Below are positions 25,073-39,434 of a stretch of 62,763 bases of DNA, piece after piece. Below the pieces are notes generated by a model. It had not been told where the DNA came from. It saw only the letters and a program-made list of their open reading frames with translations, and did not search any database. Position 1 is the stretch's first letter. Each line of letters opens with the position of its first letter. The stretch lies in contig JAUCBJ010005012.1 of NCBI GenBank assembly GCA_032718475.1, forward strand, positions 1 to 62,763. Reading direction: 5' to 3'. The stretch is from Nemertoderma westbladi. Lineage: Eukaryota > Animalia > Xenacoelomorpha. Made by a program: the position numbers and the translations under genes.

Positions 25073-26647
25073 GTTAGGTAAATCGCTATACTTCAGATAA
25101 TGTATAGTATAAGTATCTGCATCTCCGTATCGCTGTATTCTCTCTTCCTCGAATAATACGTCGAGATTCCAATGGACAAATCGAGTTTTAATAAATCTAT
25201 CGAGATTATACGGAGGTATTATGTCCTTTTCTATTCTTGAAACATTATAAGGTTTTCTGAATGAGTTTACTTTAACCAATTGATCTAAATGTTTCTTTAG
25301 TTGTTTGAGTTCAACAAGATCAAGGGGATTTATCAATGACAGAAACTTTAAACTGTGTGTAGGATCTTCCAGTTTCACCATATAATATTGAGTTAAATTT
25401 ACATAATAGGGGTGATCTTTGATCCCATAAAATGAGTTTGGTAAAGGTCTAGCGCGTAGATTGACCTCGTATACCATACGACGGACAAGATCCGCTCGAT
25501 TGTCCGGAGGTTCAACAAGTATACCGTCGACACGAGCAGCCTTGAAGCTAATTCTTTTACCGCTTGGACTTGTTGTTGCAATTTACATTTGTCTAAACAA
25601 TCGTAGGTTCCTTTTCCGATCTTTTGTCGAATAGCGTCTAACGCGTTTCGTACAACGCTCTCCTCCACCTCGGTGACAGGTTGTATTGGAGTTAAACCGG
25701 GATGATTATACGGGTTGAACGGCGATATTAGATGTCCGCGTCCCAATCCAGCTAGGTAGGATGGGCGAATATCTAGAGAGCCCACAACCGGAGTGCCACC
25801 GACTAATTGTTCGGGTAACACTAGATCTTTGAACAATGAGTACAGTTCAGGAGGATCTGTCATACTATTAGGATCAAGAGTCTGAGCTCGCACCGGGGAA
25901 TGAGGAGGTCTGACCGAGTATTCCGGAACTCTGATCATAGGTTTATTTAAGGATCGTTTCAGTCGAGCGAGCGTAGGTGATACGTCGAACAAGACGCACG
26001 TCTTGTAAGGGGAAGACTGGTGATCTTTCTCCAGTTTTACAATATTCCTCCATCTGCTCGAAGCTATTCGGTACAACAGGTAGCAGTCGATCAGCGGTAA
26101 GATATATCATAGTAAAATAGAGTCGTTTGAGTTCTATCATAGGGTTATGATGTATACATTGAGGATATCGAGTTTCTAGAATTTGTTGACTGGCTACATT
26201 GAGATATGTTTCTCTCAAGAATTCTAAATATTTGTTGAAGTCACTGCGTTTATCCGGCTCTTCAACATCTTCTCTTTCAAGTCGGTTTCGAATAGAATTT
26301 TCATGTTCAATTCTCAGTTTATCATTCCGACTCCGCTGGGCATGATATTTAAATAGAATCATTTCCCTTTCGGTATCTACATCATCCGTATCGTGTAAAT
26401 CGATAGGATGACCAGTAGTTAAGAAGTCCATATACGTACCATTACGATGCGTATATCGAGCGGTGAATTTCCGATAGTCCAATTCACGCTTGAGCTGTTC
26501 CTTTGACATTGGCGGTTCGATATAACGGCCATCGTCTTCCGTCGTATGTTGACTAGCGTCGCCGCTTGTCAAACTATCAACAAACGCTTGCAATGGTAGG
26601 GTATATCGCACCCTGATACCAAGATAATCTTCTATCAACTCAGTCAT
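25073..26647 (-). pseudogene. ORF3 N-terminal part (unknown domains; two frameshifts)
   Basis: Overlapping ORFs 25943-26647, 25399-26076 and 24989-25477; homologous to 1-780; joins 21313 in frame when the Chapaev is excised. Confidence 0.75.
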
Positions 26648-27464
26648 AGCTGCTATATGAGTTTATCGATATTATAGTTAATAATAATCAGGCTAGCGGT
26701 CGTCGCTGCCTCCCCCTCTATGCCCCCGGACAGCGTGAGATCCTCAGCGCTGATGTAATGTCGTCGCTGTGCCTCTCGCCAACGTAGTAGCTACACAACG
26801 ACAACAATAACCAGCGCGAGTCACTCCACTATCCGTCCCAAAGGCTTGGATATACTGGAGGTACTTGCTACAGAGGCAGGATAACTTTCACAACTGCGAC
26901 TCGCTACTGTAAACACACTTTAGTAGTAACATTCACCTATAAATACACAAATTCCACATTCCTGCCACAATTTGAACAAATTAGGGCCATTTGTCCGTTA
27001 GTCAAATGCCTTCTAGAATGCCACGTTATTATTATGTATCCCTAGATACTAGCAAGGTGCTGTTTATTCCGCATGCTATTCAATGGGGCAAGCTTTCTAT
27101 TGTTCTTTTAACTCGCTTCTAATTCTAGCGTGGTTGTTACTATGGTAACATTATGGAAAGCTAGCGGTAGAATTAGGGTAATTCTCATGCATACAGATCT
27201 GGGATGCTATTTAATAGTGATTCTTTAATTGTCAATATTCCCCTTATACATGATTTTATGAATTTTATCGGCTATTGACTGTACACTGGAGATTCTCTCA
27301 CACTAATATACTTAATAGGGTGAATCTCCGCTCCCATGATCTATTAATTAATGGAATTTTGGGAATGTTATAAATTGTATAAAATGACAATTTATCAAAT
27401 TCATGAGAGGATATGAATTTAAAATTTATTCCCGTGAATTTTATTATTTGATATTAAAGTAGAC

Positions 27465-27850
27465 ACAGTTTTATTCCAGAACATGTCTGAGAACTAGGAT
27501 CCTTAATTCCAGAAATTTGTCTTTTAAGAGTATCGGTGAGTACTACGATATCTTAATCGACTAGAATTTTAGAGGATCTAAAATTTTAACAGATTTGATT
27601 TATAAATTTTCCATATTTTAACATTTGTTATAACAAACGTTGTAGATATTTATCAAATATTTAATATTTAATATTTGGGATGGGCACCGGTTTATTCTAG
27701 AACATGTCTGGGGCCGTTAACCACTGCTTCTAGAATATTGTCTTTCAAGTATATCGGTGGGTGCCGCGATATCTTAATCGACTAGAATTTCAGATGGATT
27801 TATTTGAAGATTTATTAACAGATTTATTTAATAATATTATTAATATTAAT
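27465..27850. repeat. Diverged ~220-bp tandem duplication in the pol-ORF3 spacer
   Basis: Repeated blocks TTTATTC(C/T)AGAACATGTCTG and GATATCTTAATCGACTAGAATTT. Confidence 0.7.
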
Positions 27851-28198
27851 AATATTTGTTAATATTTTGAGCTTCAACGCTACTGTTAAATGGACATCAT
27901 TCTACTATATGTATTATTTAAGATACGGTATGAGAGCAATATTGCAAGAAGCAATGTCAGTGAGAAGAGGCAAGTCGTTTCCAAGGTCTACCCAGAGCTT
28001 GGTTTAGCCGAGACACGAGGATCTGAACTTTGCATTCCTAATACTCTACTTACCAATAATACTTAAGTATAGTAGGGGCGGTATATTGTACTTTAATAAG
28101 TACTGACATTTCATCTTACTGTAGTCACATATTTATAGTATGATACGGACAGTAAGGAAAGAGAAAATGAATTATTTCTCGCCATTAAACGAAATATA

Positions 28199-29782
28199 TT
28201 ATACTAAGTAATTAAGTTTTGTGTTAGGGGGACAATTTTCAAGCCAGATTTTCTCATAGTAGCATAAAAATGCATTTGCAAACGTTGGGCCAATTGGACT
28301 ACCCATAGATACTCCGTCTATTTGTATGTATTTGCGATTATTAAAAATAAATTCTATATTTTTCGCTGCAAAGTCCAGTAATTGTTTGTACTGTCTCCTA
28401 GTGAGGCCGTCTACAGTTGTTTGGTCTTTGTACAGTTGGTTCAGTAAAATAACAATAGTTTCTTCTACAGGTATGTTGGTGAAAAGACTCTTGACGTCGA
28501 AGCTAACCATATATCTAGTTGGCCCGACGTTAAGATTACTAATCTCTTGTACAAAAGAAAAAGTATCCTTAACAGTATAATCATTAATACTGTAGGGTAA
28601 CAGTTTTGGGACAAGATACTTTGCTACATTATATTGCGGGGTACCAATGGCTGACAGTATTGGGCGTGTGGGGATTCCATCCTTATGGACTTTAGGGAGT
28701 CCATATAGAATTCCTGGGTGGGTACCTGTTGGTAAGAGAGAGTCATAATCCACTTGTGATATGTTCCAGGTTGGCTTAAGTTTCCTCAGAAGGGATTTGT
28801 AGCGATCTTCGGCTCTCAGTGCATCCAGGAACCAGTCATCAGGAGAACATTCTAGTGCCTTAAACTTCGATTTGTCTGCTAGTATAGTAAGTAATTTATC
28901 AATGTAGTCGGATTTATTCAGTATAACGACTCCACTCCCTTTGTCTGGCCGTATTACAACGATTGTTTTATCAGTTGATATGTGTTTTAGCGCAGTTCGT
29001 TCGAGTTTAGTTAAATTACGTTTTAGTTTCTTAGCATTATATCCATGGAATGAGGAGAGTGCCACATCCCTTAGTCGGTTTCTAACTAGCTCCTTGGAGT
29101 AGCCAGAATTATTACGTACGGGTAGATTCTTAAGCGAACGATACAGCTTCTCAAAGGGAACCAGGAAGTCTGCGTAGTCGAGTTTTTCGGGGACGATAGA
29201 ATAGCGTAACCCTTTAGCCAGTAGAGATTTTTCCGAGTCGGAGAGTAGTCGAGAGGAGTAGTTGAAGATAACAGAGTCAGGATTTATCCGAGTTAGGGAT
29301 TCCTCCCGTTGTAGATTAGCAAGTTTCTTAGAGTGTATGATAGTTTGTTGCTTAATACGTTTCTTGAGGAATTTTTCGTTCTCTCGACGTATAAATGCAG
29401 AATCCATTCCAGATAACTCTGCAAGTATATATCGGCGTTCCTGTTCTAGGCGTCGTTCGTGTCGGCCCATCGCTTTCCGTTTACTCGCTAATTCCGCTAC
29501 GAGCAGACGTTGTTGGCAGGCTCGATACTCGGGAGACCCAAAACGTTGATTATCATTAGTTTTAAACCTTAGAAAATGAGGAATCAAGTTCGAGTCGATG
29601 CATCGTTGAAGGAAGTCGACATCGAGTTTCGATTTCTCATACTTCCATTGAGTTTTCTCGTAGGCACGGTAAGCCTGTTTAAGACTGGGATATCGCTTAT
29701 CTAAAATCGAAGTTATGGTGATCCCAGGAGGATATCTTAATTTGAGACAAAATAAGATAAGTAGTGCGATTTGAAAGAACAT
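28199..29782 (-). mobile_element. Penelope-like element ORF (RT, truncated before YVDD and GIY-YIG)
   Basis: FLQRC..LIPHFLRFK, RPDKGSGVVILN, LYGLPKVHKDGIPTRPI, SFDVKSLFTNIP, QIDGVSMGSPIGPTFANAFL. Confidence 0.88.
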
Positions 29783-29794
29783 AATTATTGTTTA

Positions 29795-29836
29795 AATCCG
29801 GAACGTTTCGTATATTACATTATACATCATCAGCCA
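29795..29836 (-). ncRNA. Minimal hammerhead motif in the Penelope 5' region
   Basis: CTGATGA-TGTATA(atgtaa)TATAC-GAAA-CGTTC; stem I weak. Confidence 0.5.
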
Positions 29837-30276
29837 TAATACTGTAGGTACAAAATAACTATAATTATATGAAAAAACCTAAAATTAATGTAAAAGATAA
29901 GAGTAAACAAAATTCAAAATGTGATAGGATGGGTAATTACGATAAATGTAAATTAGAATATTTTACTAAGTATAATGAAGTAAATGCAGGATTACAGAGA
30001 AATTATAGAAATAATTACAGTACCGGTAGCAATCAAAGACTAAAGGCAGTAAACTAACTAGGTAGTGTGTTCATTACAGTAGATACATTAGAATTGTACT
30101 GTATGTAATAGTTATCATAATTAAAATATTATTCTACTAAATAAAATTAAAGAAAACGATTATAATAATAAAATTACATAATAATACATACATAAATATA
30201 AAATGAATAAAAAAAATAAAATAATGTAGTCACACACCGACTCTGAACGTTGTTACATTGAGGAGTCCCTAGATGT

Positions 30277-33200
30277 TTATTGGATTAGGGAGGTGGTCGT
30301 GGGAAGAGTCTCTTGCCTTCCATAGTTACCGGACAACTCTCGGTCTCTTTCCAGTAAACATAAACGACCAACCGGGCGATTAAGTTGTTGTGTTTCGAAC
30401 ACAATTCCAGGTTTCTTAAAGTTACGTCGCATGACGACGAGTTCTACCGATCCCACTAAACCATCATCGGATATATGAGTCTCGATGATACGACCTGTCT
30501 GCCACCTCTTACGGGGAAGATCTGATTCCACGATAAGGACCGGCGCTGACGTTTTCTTGCTGCGCAAACCACTTTATTCGAAGTTGTAGCGTAGGAAGAT
30601 AATGTTTTTCGAAATGGTCAGCGAAACGACGGGATAATAACAGCATAAGTTGCCAAGTTTGTCGGCAGTATTCGTTTCCGTCTGTTATTTCCGATTGCGG
30701 GAGCATGGCTACAGGTTTCTTTAGTAGGAAATGCGCGGGTGTTAGCGCTTCTAAGGAGTCGGGACTAGATGAGACTGGCATGAGCGGTCTCTATTTTGAG
30801 ATAGGCGGCGATTTCTTCCATTAATGTCCACAAAAGTTCGTTGGTGAGATACTCGCGGCACGGCACTATAAAGTGAAATGCGGTCTTCACGCTTCGTATG
30901 AGTCTCTCCCAACTTCCTCCCCACCAAGGGGCGTCGGCGGCGTTGAAGGTCCAGCTAGATGCTGTTACTCTTAGCTGATCGTCCACCTGTCTTTGGTTCC
31001 AATCCTTCACATAAGCTTTGATCTCGTTATTGGCACCATTGAAATTTGTTCCCTTGTCAGATCTCATAGGGTTGCTAGTCCCAAAACGAGCGATTTGTCG
31101 GCGTAAGCTCAGTATGAAGCTGTTGGTAGATAGATCGTTCACCATATCTAGATGGATCGCTCTACAAGTCATACAGACAAAGATGACACACCATCGCTTG
31201 ACTATAGTCCTAGCACGATATACTTCAATAGGGCCAAATAAATCCACGCCAGTATTAGTAAAGGGTGGTTCATAACAGCTTACTCGTTCCCTAGGTAATT
31301 CTGCCTCTCGCTGTATTAAAGGCCTACTAAATGCTTTCCTACAGGGTATACAGTTCCTAAGAACTTGGTTCAGAACTCTATGGGGTTTATGGAAATAATA
31401 GCGAGTTCGAATTTCGCTAAGAACTCGTTCTCTACCAGCATGGTAAAGCTTACTGTGAACATCTACAATCATCTTGATTTGTATTTCAAGATTTCTAATG
31501 AGTATGGGAAACTTAGTGTCAAAGGACAATGGAGCATTAGTTAATCTCCCTCCAACACGTATTAACCCATCTATCATTGTGCTAGAGAAATGATCCCTTA
31601 AGCGCATCTGTGGATTTCTCAACAACAGGAAATACTTATCGGAATCCTTGTAACATTGCAGGAGTCTCAGTATCTGTTTATTGGTATCATCATGTTCTTG
31701 GTAACTGATCTTTTCGGTCAGGAACCTATCCGGCACTCTATAAGTGGGAAGGTCTTTAGTAGCATGGACCTTTTCAGCTACCACTGGAGCGGTATCATCT
31801 GATGGAAACATCTTTTCAGATACACAATGGCCTTGCAAATCCGATTCCAGGAGCTATAATGATCTATTGCTCTTTGTAGGAGAGGAGAGAGTCCTTGCGA
31901 GACGTCTGGTGTCCCAGATTTCCAGTCTCTTTCCCTGATTTCTATAACGGATTTATTTGTATTTCGGGTAACATCCGTGGGTGAGTTTAGATCCACAGCG
32001 TCGTCACCGGAGGCGTGTAGCACAGACAGATCTATCACTGGTTTAAATAACTTTGATTTACTCGTCCGGGTTTTAGGTTTGACTTTCTCCGCTCCCTTGG
32101 CTTGCCTAATCTCCACCATGGTGAGATGAGGGGGCCATTCCTCCTCTTCTTTACTCAGGAAGTCGGGTCCACCTAACCAGTCTGGAGTATCTATCAATTC
32201 TTGAGGAGTTGCTCCTCTGGAAGCGATGTCAGCTGGATTAATCGTCCCAGGGCAATGTCTCCATTGATCTATATTAGAGCGACTGAGTATAATGGCTACT
32301 CTGTTGGTAACGAAGATGCTGAACTGACAGACTTCATTAGTTATATACTCCAGAGTGAGTAAAGCATCAGTCCAATAGACAGTTTTCTCCAGTGGATAGT
32401 AGATCTGTTCTGTTACATTCCTGCCGATGGCTGTAGCGTATAGAACCGCCTTTAACTTCGCTCTGGGAACTCGCAGTTTCTTGTTTATTAGGGCTTTAGA
32501 GGCGACTAATGAAACCTTAATTCCATCGGGAGTTTCAACCCTCAGGTAGGCTACTATACCTATTCCCATATCGCTGGCGTCTCCAAACACATGGAGTTGA
32601 TAGGAATACGTGGGGAGAACGTGACCGAAATATGAGCGAGAAATCTTAAAGTTCTCAATAGATGGTAAAGAATCTTCCCATTTCATCCACTTCTTTAGCA
32701 GTTCTCCCTTGAGTGGATCATCCCACGAGTGGTTTTCGAGCCACATTTGTTGTACTAAGCTCCAAGCAACTAGTATGACTGGGCTAATGAATCCGAACGG
32801 GTCGAAATAAGTGCTCAGGATACTTAGACAAATCCGTTTAGTTCTAACTGGATTATCTCGTTGTTTCAACTGAAAGAATAGAATATCTCTCTCCGTGTCC
32901 CATTTTAATCCAAGAGTCTTTGTTTCCGGAAGATCGTCCTTAATGAGGTCTAGATCTTTAACACCTCAGTCTTCTACTGGGATCGATTCCAGGAACTCAC
33001 GGGAGTTACTAGTGAATTTGGTTAGATGAAATCCACCGCGTTGTAAGCACTCCACCGTTCCCTTGGCAACATCAATGGCTTCTTCCTCTGATGGGAGGGA
33101 CTTTAAATTGTCATCCATGTAAATATCCCGTTTGATGTTGTCTATAACCGCTTTAGAGAAGGCGTCTCTGTTGTCATCGGCAGTGGTACGCACTACCGAA

Positions 33201-34989
33201 CAAGCGTTCGAGGGGCTCGAGATGATCCCAAAAGCCTGGATTGTCATCCAGTACTCCACCAGTTTTCGGTTGAGGTTTCCTTCAGGCCACCACAGAAATC
33301 GTAGGCTGTCTCGATCCCTAGCTAATGCTTTTACTTGTAGAAACATGCCTTCGATATCCGAAGCGAAGGCGATCGAATATTGCCGCAGTCGTAGTAATAT
33401 CCCCAACAAAGATTGGAGTAAGTTGGGTCCCGGCAACAGTTCGGATTTAAGGATTGCCCCATATAAAGGGCGGAGCCGTCAAACACTACACGGACTTTGT
33501 TTGGTTTACCGGGCTTGGGAACATAATGATGTGTCAAATAATACGTTCTCTCCGTTATGTGTGTTTCTTCCGGAACTCGCTCCGCGTATCCCTCGTCTAT
33601 AAACTTCTTCAATTGAGTTTTATACATTTCTTTGGCTCGATCATTAGCCATCAAACGCCGATGAAGTTGCGCGATTCTCTTTTCCGCTAAAGGTCGGTTA
33701 TTCACGAAGCTGGGTTCTCTCCGTCGGAACGGCAGACCAATCTCGTAACGACCTTCATCTTTTAGATAACGTGTTGTCGTTTCCTGGATCTGCTTGGCTC
33801 TCTCTTCCTCGACCGATAATGCTTTGTCGTAGGAATCAGGCTCTATGGCTTCTTGAGTAAAGAATCATACGGTGTGTTAATTGCGTATTTTATTATTATG
33901 TCGCTCTACCACTTCATTTAATTCATCGTCATATGTCAATTGTTCGCTATGTTGACTGATAAGGTTACATAAGTTGACTTGGTTTAACCAAGTTTGGTTC
34001 TCAGTGAGGAGATCAATGGTATTTTCCTCGTCATATAAGTTACACACATCGTCGTTATCTGAGGAGTATGGAGTTTCCTCAGCTGGAATTTCTTTTTCAC
34101 TTATATCTTCCTCCCACTTATTTACTTGGTGGACTTGTTCACTCGGGAGTCTTTCTTGCAAAGTCCTATGGGAAGGACCAGTGAAGTACCAACCTACTCT
34201 TGTTCTTCCTGCGTAAGTCTGGAGTGGTCGCGGTCGAGCAGGCCGTTTTTCTATTGTCTCAAGCGCCTCGTGCGAATTTTGGCCGAGTAATATTTGTACC
34301 CCTTGATAATTGGTACTGAATCTAGGTATGTTGTATTGCTGGGTAAAGTGATCTTCATCCCAGTTGTAAGGCTCCACTTGGCTAGTAGCAAAGTTCTTTA
34401 TCGCCACCATCTTAACGGACCTTACACTATTTTCTCCTAGTTCATCCTGGGGAGTGGACAATGAACCCACATAGTAATCTGTTGATACTGTGGATTTCCA
34501 ACCCTGCATAATTCCGGAAAGGTTCAGTTTGGTTCGGAACTTTGGTTGACCAGCAAAGATATCTTCGGCTAGGTCTTTGTCGATAAAAGTGCCTGTACTG
34601 CCGGAGTCAAGGAGGGCATTCACTATTAAGCTCTTCCCTATTAAGCTCTTAGATTTACTTATGTATTTCCTACCTTTGTTGACATAATAAGATCTTTCGG
34701 TGTCCTTGCCGCTGTTCTCGTCATATGACGTTTGGCTTTCGCAATCAGCTGTATAACACACTGGTGTCACCTTTCTCCTAGTAACGGGTTTTTCACTTAC
34801 CTTACTTTCCAGTGTCTTCTCTCTAGACTGTTTTAGGAGCTGTAATCTTACCTCTCCATTTAAAAACGACATGAGATCAGCCATGGTAGGGTCTCTATGT
34901 TGTTGGCCCATCAAATAGAGAAGCCTTTTGTCCCAGCGAGTACCTACTCCACCCTTTGGCAAAGTTGATGCTACGGCTCCAACAACCAT
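30277..34989 (-). pseudogene. BEL/Pao gag C-terminus and pol (protease, RT, RNase H, integrase), fragmented
   Basis: ALLDSGSTGTFI (PR); KVRVVFDGS, GPNLL, DIEGMFLQV, YMDD (RT); LHVFGDAS..YWTD..WRHCPGTINPADIASRG (RNase H); FTNTGVDLFGP..SDKGTNF..PWWGGSWERL (IN); LTPAHFL. Confidence 0.92.
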
Positions 34990-35088
34990 AGAAATCTGGT
35001 ATTGCTGAGACTTACCTAACCAGTCTAGCTGTCTACAGATCTCCTGAATCTCATTGGAAAACTCTATAATCCCGCTGCTAAGAATCTT

Positions 35089-37699
35089 TCAGGGCGCTAC
35101 TAATTTCGCATACAGATACCTAGCTATGTTAGTCCTGTTACCATACCTGATGTTTAGCGTATCCCAAACTTGTCTCAATCCGTCCGGATGTCCAATAAAC
35201 TTTAATGCCATTAACTTGGGAGGTCCTTCCAAGCACTCGATGAGGAATCGTAGTTTCTCTCCATTATATAGTACAGAGTTCTGTATGTTATCTTTGTAAT
35301 ATTCATTAAAAGGTAACCATTTCATCTCATCTCCTTTGAACTTGACGACCTCTCTCACTTTTACCGCTTGATGGGCTTCAGTTCTAGCCATTTGATATGT
35401 AAAACTTTCTTGAGCCATCGTATTATTTAATATCGAATTATCGGTATATAAATTTCTCGGATTATTATCAGATATGTATGGGATATCATTATCAACAGGC
35501 TTATAGATACCCTTAATAGGGTTTACTATAGGAGTTTCTACTTCGCTAGCAGTATAGATGCGTGTAGGCTCCACAACTTGCACATGAAATACTTCAGACC
35601 TGACGGGCTGACACATTGTTACAGGGGGTGGTGGTATACCCATTTATATATTTACTAATTTGTCGCGCTCTAGAGGGATATTTTGCTGTACTTCTTGAGG
35701 CTCTAACCTACTCTCTCTCACTGTTCGATTTAACAGTTGAACAGTCCCTTCCAATTCTCGGACTTGTTTGGAAGATTTAATTTTATTATTCTCTAACTGT
35801 CCGAGCAACTGCTCCATCCCCCGCCGTCCCTCGTCTACCCACTCAACTGCGGAAGCGGGAGTGTTCGCCAACGTCGTGGCTGGATGGCACATGGGGACGA
35901 CGGGAGACATTGCGTTTATTATGTCTTGCTCGGCGTCCAGGACTGTTTGGGATTCATGCAGTTGTCTAATGGGTACAGGTAGTTTAGTACTGTGCAAAGG
36001 GAATTTAGAGTTAGGTTCTGGAAGTAAAGGGGTCTCTATAAAAGGAGTGGCTTCGCTAACAGGCCTAATTATTTCGGGCTCATCTACTATAGTAGGGAGT
36101 CTTTCTACTCTAATAATTTGGGCTGTTGGTTCTTGATTACTTAAGTCTACATTAGCTAGCTCCCTTCTCACTGCAGGAGGTAAATTAGGTAACTTATGCC
36201 AGTGGGGCGCTCTCCTATGTCCACTTGAACGAAATTTATTACCTTTACCCCTCGGGATCAGTTGTATCACCTTCATCCTGGGAGTAGATCGACTCAGTAG
36301 TTGCATCTGAGTAGCTGCCCTTTGTTTGTTTAAGTAATCTTGTTTCGCTTGAAGGTTCTCCAACTCTAGTTGGGCTGTCGCTTCAGATGCCTTCCTTTCT
36401 GCTTCTGCCACTGCCACTGCTGCTGCCGCTTTTCTTTCAGCTTCTGCCGCTGTCGCCTCCGCTGCCGCTGCTGCTTTTCTTTCAGCCTCTGCCGCTACTG
36501 CTGCCTCTTTTCTTTCAGCTTCTGCCGCTGCCGCTGCCGCTGTCGCTGCTATCTTTCGGTCTTCTATTTGTTTTTTCTTTATTTGTTCTTCTCTGTCCAT
36601 TGCGATGAGAATGCTTTCATCAAATTTAGCCTGCTACGCGGCTAATATCTCTGCATCTAAAGAGTCCAGAATAAATTTGGCTCCTTCACTATTGGGGTGA
36701 AGTCCAGCTAGATGTCTCCTTAGCTCTTTGTCACCTATAAATCGTAGATAGATGTCAATAGCATCCTTCTTCTGAGGTTTTTCGGATATCGCTTCGTCTT
36801 CCACATGAGAAAGGCATCTGTTGATTCTCCGTGGGTTATGCGTTCAGTTAGCTGAACCTTCCATTGTGTCGTTCCCTGGACTTTAACATTCACTCGTTGG
36901 AACCAAGTCTTTACAGCCACTTGCAACGACGTGTCTTGGCTTCTCTTCGAGGCCTCCTCAAAGGCTGAAAGGATTAATCTGATCTGCAAGATTCGTTCTC
37001 TCACTTGATAAAGCAGCTCTCCCTGCTCGTGAGGTCCATGTGGTTGTTGAAATAAATGTTCTTCTAGTCGTTCCAAGGAGTTGAAGAATCCCTGGACATA
37101 TCCTGCTGCTGACCTCTTCCATACAGCGGGATCTCGGGTGTCTCTTACTACCCCCATTCGGTATAAGTCTTCCCAGGCAGCTTCCAATAAGTTAAATGGG
37201 ATTCCGGGTCCGGGGAAGTTCCATTGAGTCTCTACAATAGACCTTAGTTCTTCCATCTGGTATCCTGCATAACTGTCCCCGGTTGGTCTCTTATTTCTCA
37301 TCCAATCCGCTTGATGTTCCTCCACAGCTATAAGTACTCTATTGAGTACGGCTCCAGGAAGAATTAGAAGTGGGTCTGGATAAACCGCTTCTTCCATCCT
37401 TGCGTTAACTCTTCAGTGTCGGAACTAGAGTTGCTAAGCAGTTGGGAAATAAGTTCTAGGTTCGGGTACTGTTGTTGTTTGGCAGCCATCTCTTGGTCTC
37501 GCTTAACTTGAGCCCTAGTGCCTATAATAGACCTATGGTGCTTTACTAGCCTAGTGTCCGATACCACTACCGTAGGGATAAACTTTCTTACAGTAGGAGG
37601 GGACTTAGACTTCGGTCTGAGATTTTCTATACTTTGATCTGGGTCACAGATTGTTCTTTCCAGGAGACTATCTGACAGTGTTTGTTTTATGTCAGACAT
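35089..37699 (-). pseudogene. BEL/Pao gag N-terminal and central part, fragmented
   Basis: KFKGDEMKWLPF..EKLRFLIECLEG..WDTLNIRYGN (BEL gag core); Ala-rich AEAERKAA repeats. Confidence 0.75.
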
Positions 37700-39434
37700 A
37701 ATTTATTTTACAGTTGAATGCCTACTACTATAATGACAGTTAAAGCAAATAAAGGGTAAATTAGTATCAACTGTCAGTCTAGTAGTTACCGATATCGCTA
37801 CTCAATGTAACGCGGTATATATTTAATATTAGAATGCCGGTATACACCTATAGTATATATATCAGTATTATTACAGACTAGGATCAGTCACAGAATACCG
37901 GTATATAAGTTTAGCCTAATTTATATAAATATAATACCGTAAATATCGTAAATAATACCGTAAATACCGGTAATGTCAATTATTTTATAATAACTGATTT
38001 TCTGAATTTTAGGGAATACTTATCTTTACTTTATCACTGATATTAAGCAGTAGTTCAACTGATATTAATTAAGACCTAATTGATGTATAACAGGCCTATT
38101 ATTTTATAAATCTGATTGAGTTGATTTATAAATATATATATATACCCGTAATGGGTTTTGACAATATTTGAAATAAATGTTATTATTTCTTGTGAGGAGT
38201 CACTACACAAGGGCTGAACACTCTCAGTGGAGTGCTACTTGATAGACACTAATACTGATAATTCTACTTAACTAAGTTACTTATCACTACAAATTACTTA
38301 CGAATCGGGTTGAGATCACATAATCTCTAAATAAACAATAAACAAGTTACACGTACAATTTCTAGGGTAATTTAACAAGAAATCTACGAACCAGACTGAC
38401 AAGGAGTTAGAATTTCTGGTTCTTACAAACTGACAGGAAATTACGGTGTTTGAAACCAATAAAGTAGTAGTAAGTAAGTTGCGTTGTCCAGATAAGGAAA
38501 TGCCACCGTCTGACGGCTTATAGTCTTAAACTATAAGCACTACATTATGTACCCGGAGTGTCCTATGCCTAGAGGTTAATTATCGAAGCCAACCAGAGCT
38601 AACGGACATATTAACCACGTTACAACACAAGTATACTGCCTACACACTAAATTACTTTCAGGAAAGCACTGTACTCTAAACCCTAAATTAGGTATAAGTA
38701 CTTATACAACAAATAACTAGCAGTTAGATATACGGGAACAGCCAAAAGAACCACGGTATCTGTTGGAATGACTGGAGCACAAAATCACCAGTCTTTACCT
38801 ACGCCAAGCATCCCTGATGTAGTACCGGGGTTAATTTAACTATAACGGTATACATAACAAGCATAATTACTGTAAGGAATAAACTTGGGGAGTTGTAGGT
38901 TGCAAATACTTGCATAAACTCTGAATAATAAATATTACGCTACCCGTACAGACTATTCAAACAAAATAGAGACCAAATGCTGGCAGACTACTGTCAAGCC
39001 TAAATAAACTACAGTATATGCAAACTCCGAAATGGTTAGTTAGTAGGCGATCTAACTACGTAGTACGACTTATTCTTTCGTAGAGGATTTACCTTACAGC
39101 ACTGGATGCCTCCACCTTCCTAACTAGCACTTTATCGGACAGACACTCTACATACACTGCAATCGCCTCAGACCTAACAACAGTTAGACAACAACCCAGC
39201 CTACAAGTTATTTATACAATCTGAGCAGGCTTACACGCATTCTGCTCAATATTACACTTACCGATAAATAAAACTGACAGAAATAAGTGAACCATACAAA
39301 GGAATAAGGGGAGATCAATCCCTAATCCTCTAACAGCCTACAATATACAATATTTCACAATCGAAATAATACTGGGTAAGTACCGGTTCGGGTTAATAGG
39401 CCTACAGTTTACCGTCTGACCAGTACGTTTGATT

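Noticed and set aside
19727-26647. ORF3 as a retroviral env or an ordinary host gene
   Set aside because: No signal peptide or TM anchor is evident; it is intronless, multi-copy and linked to the PPT/LTR.
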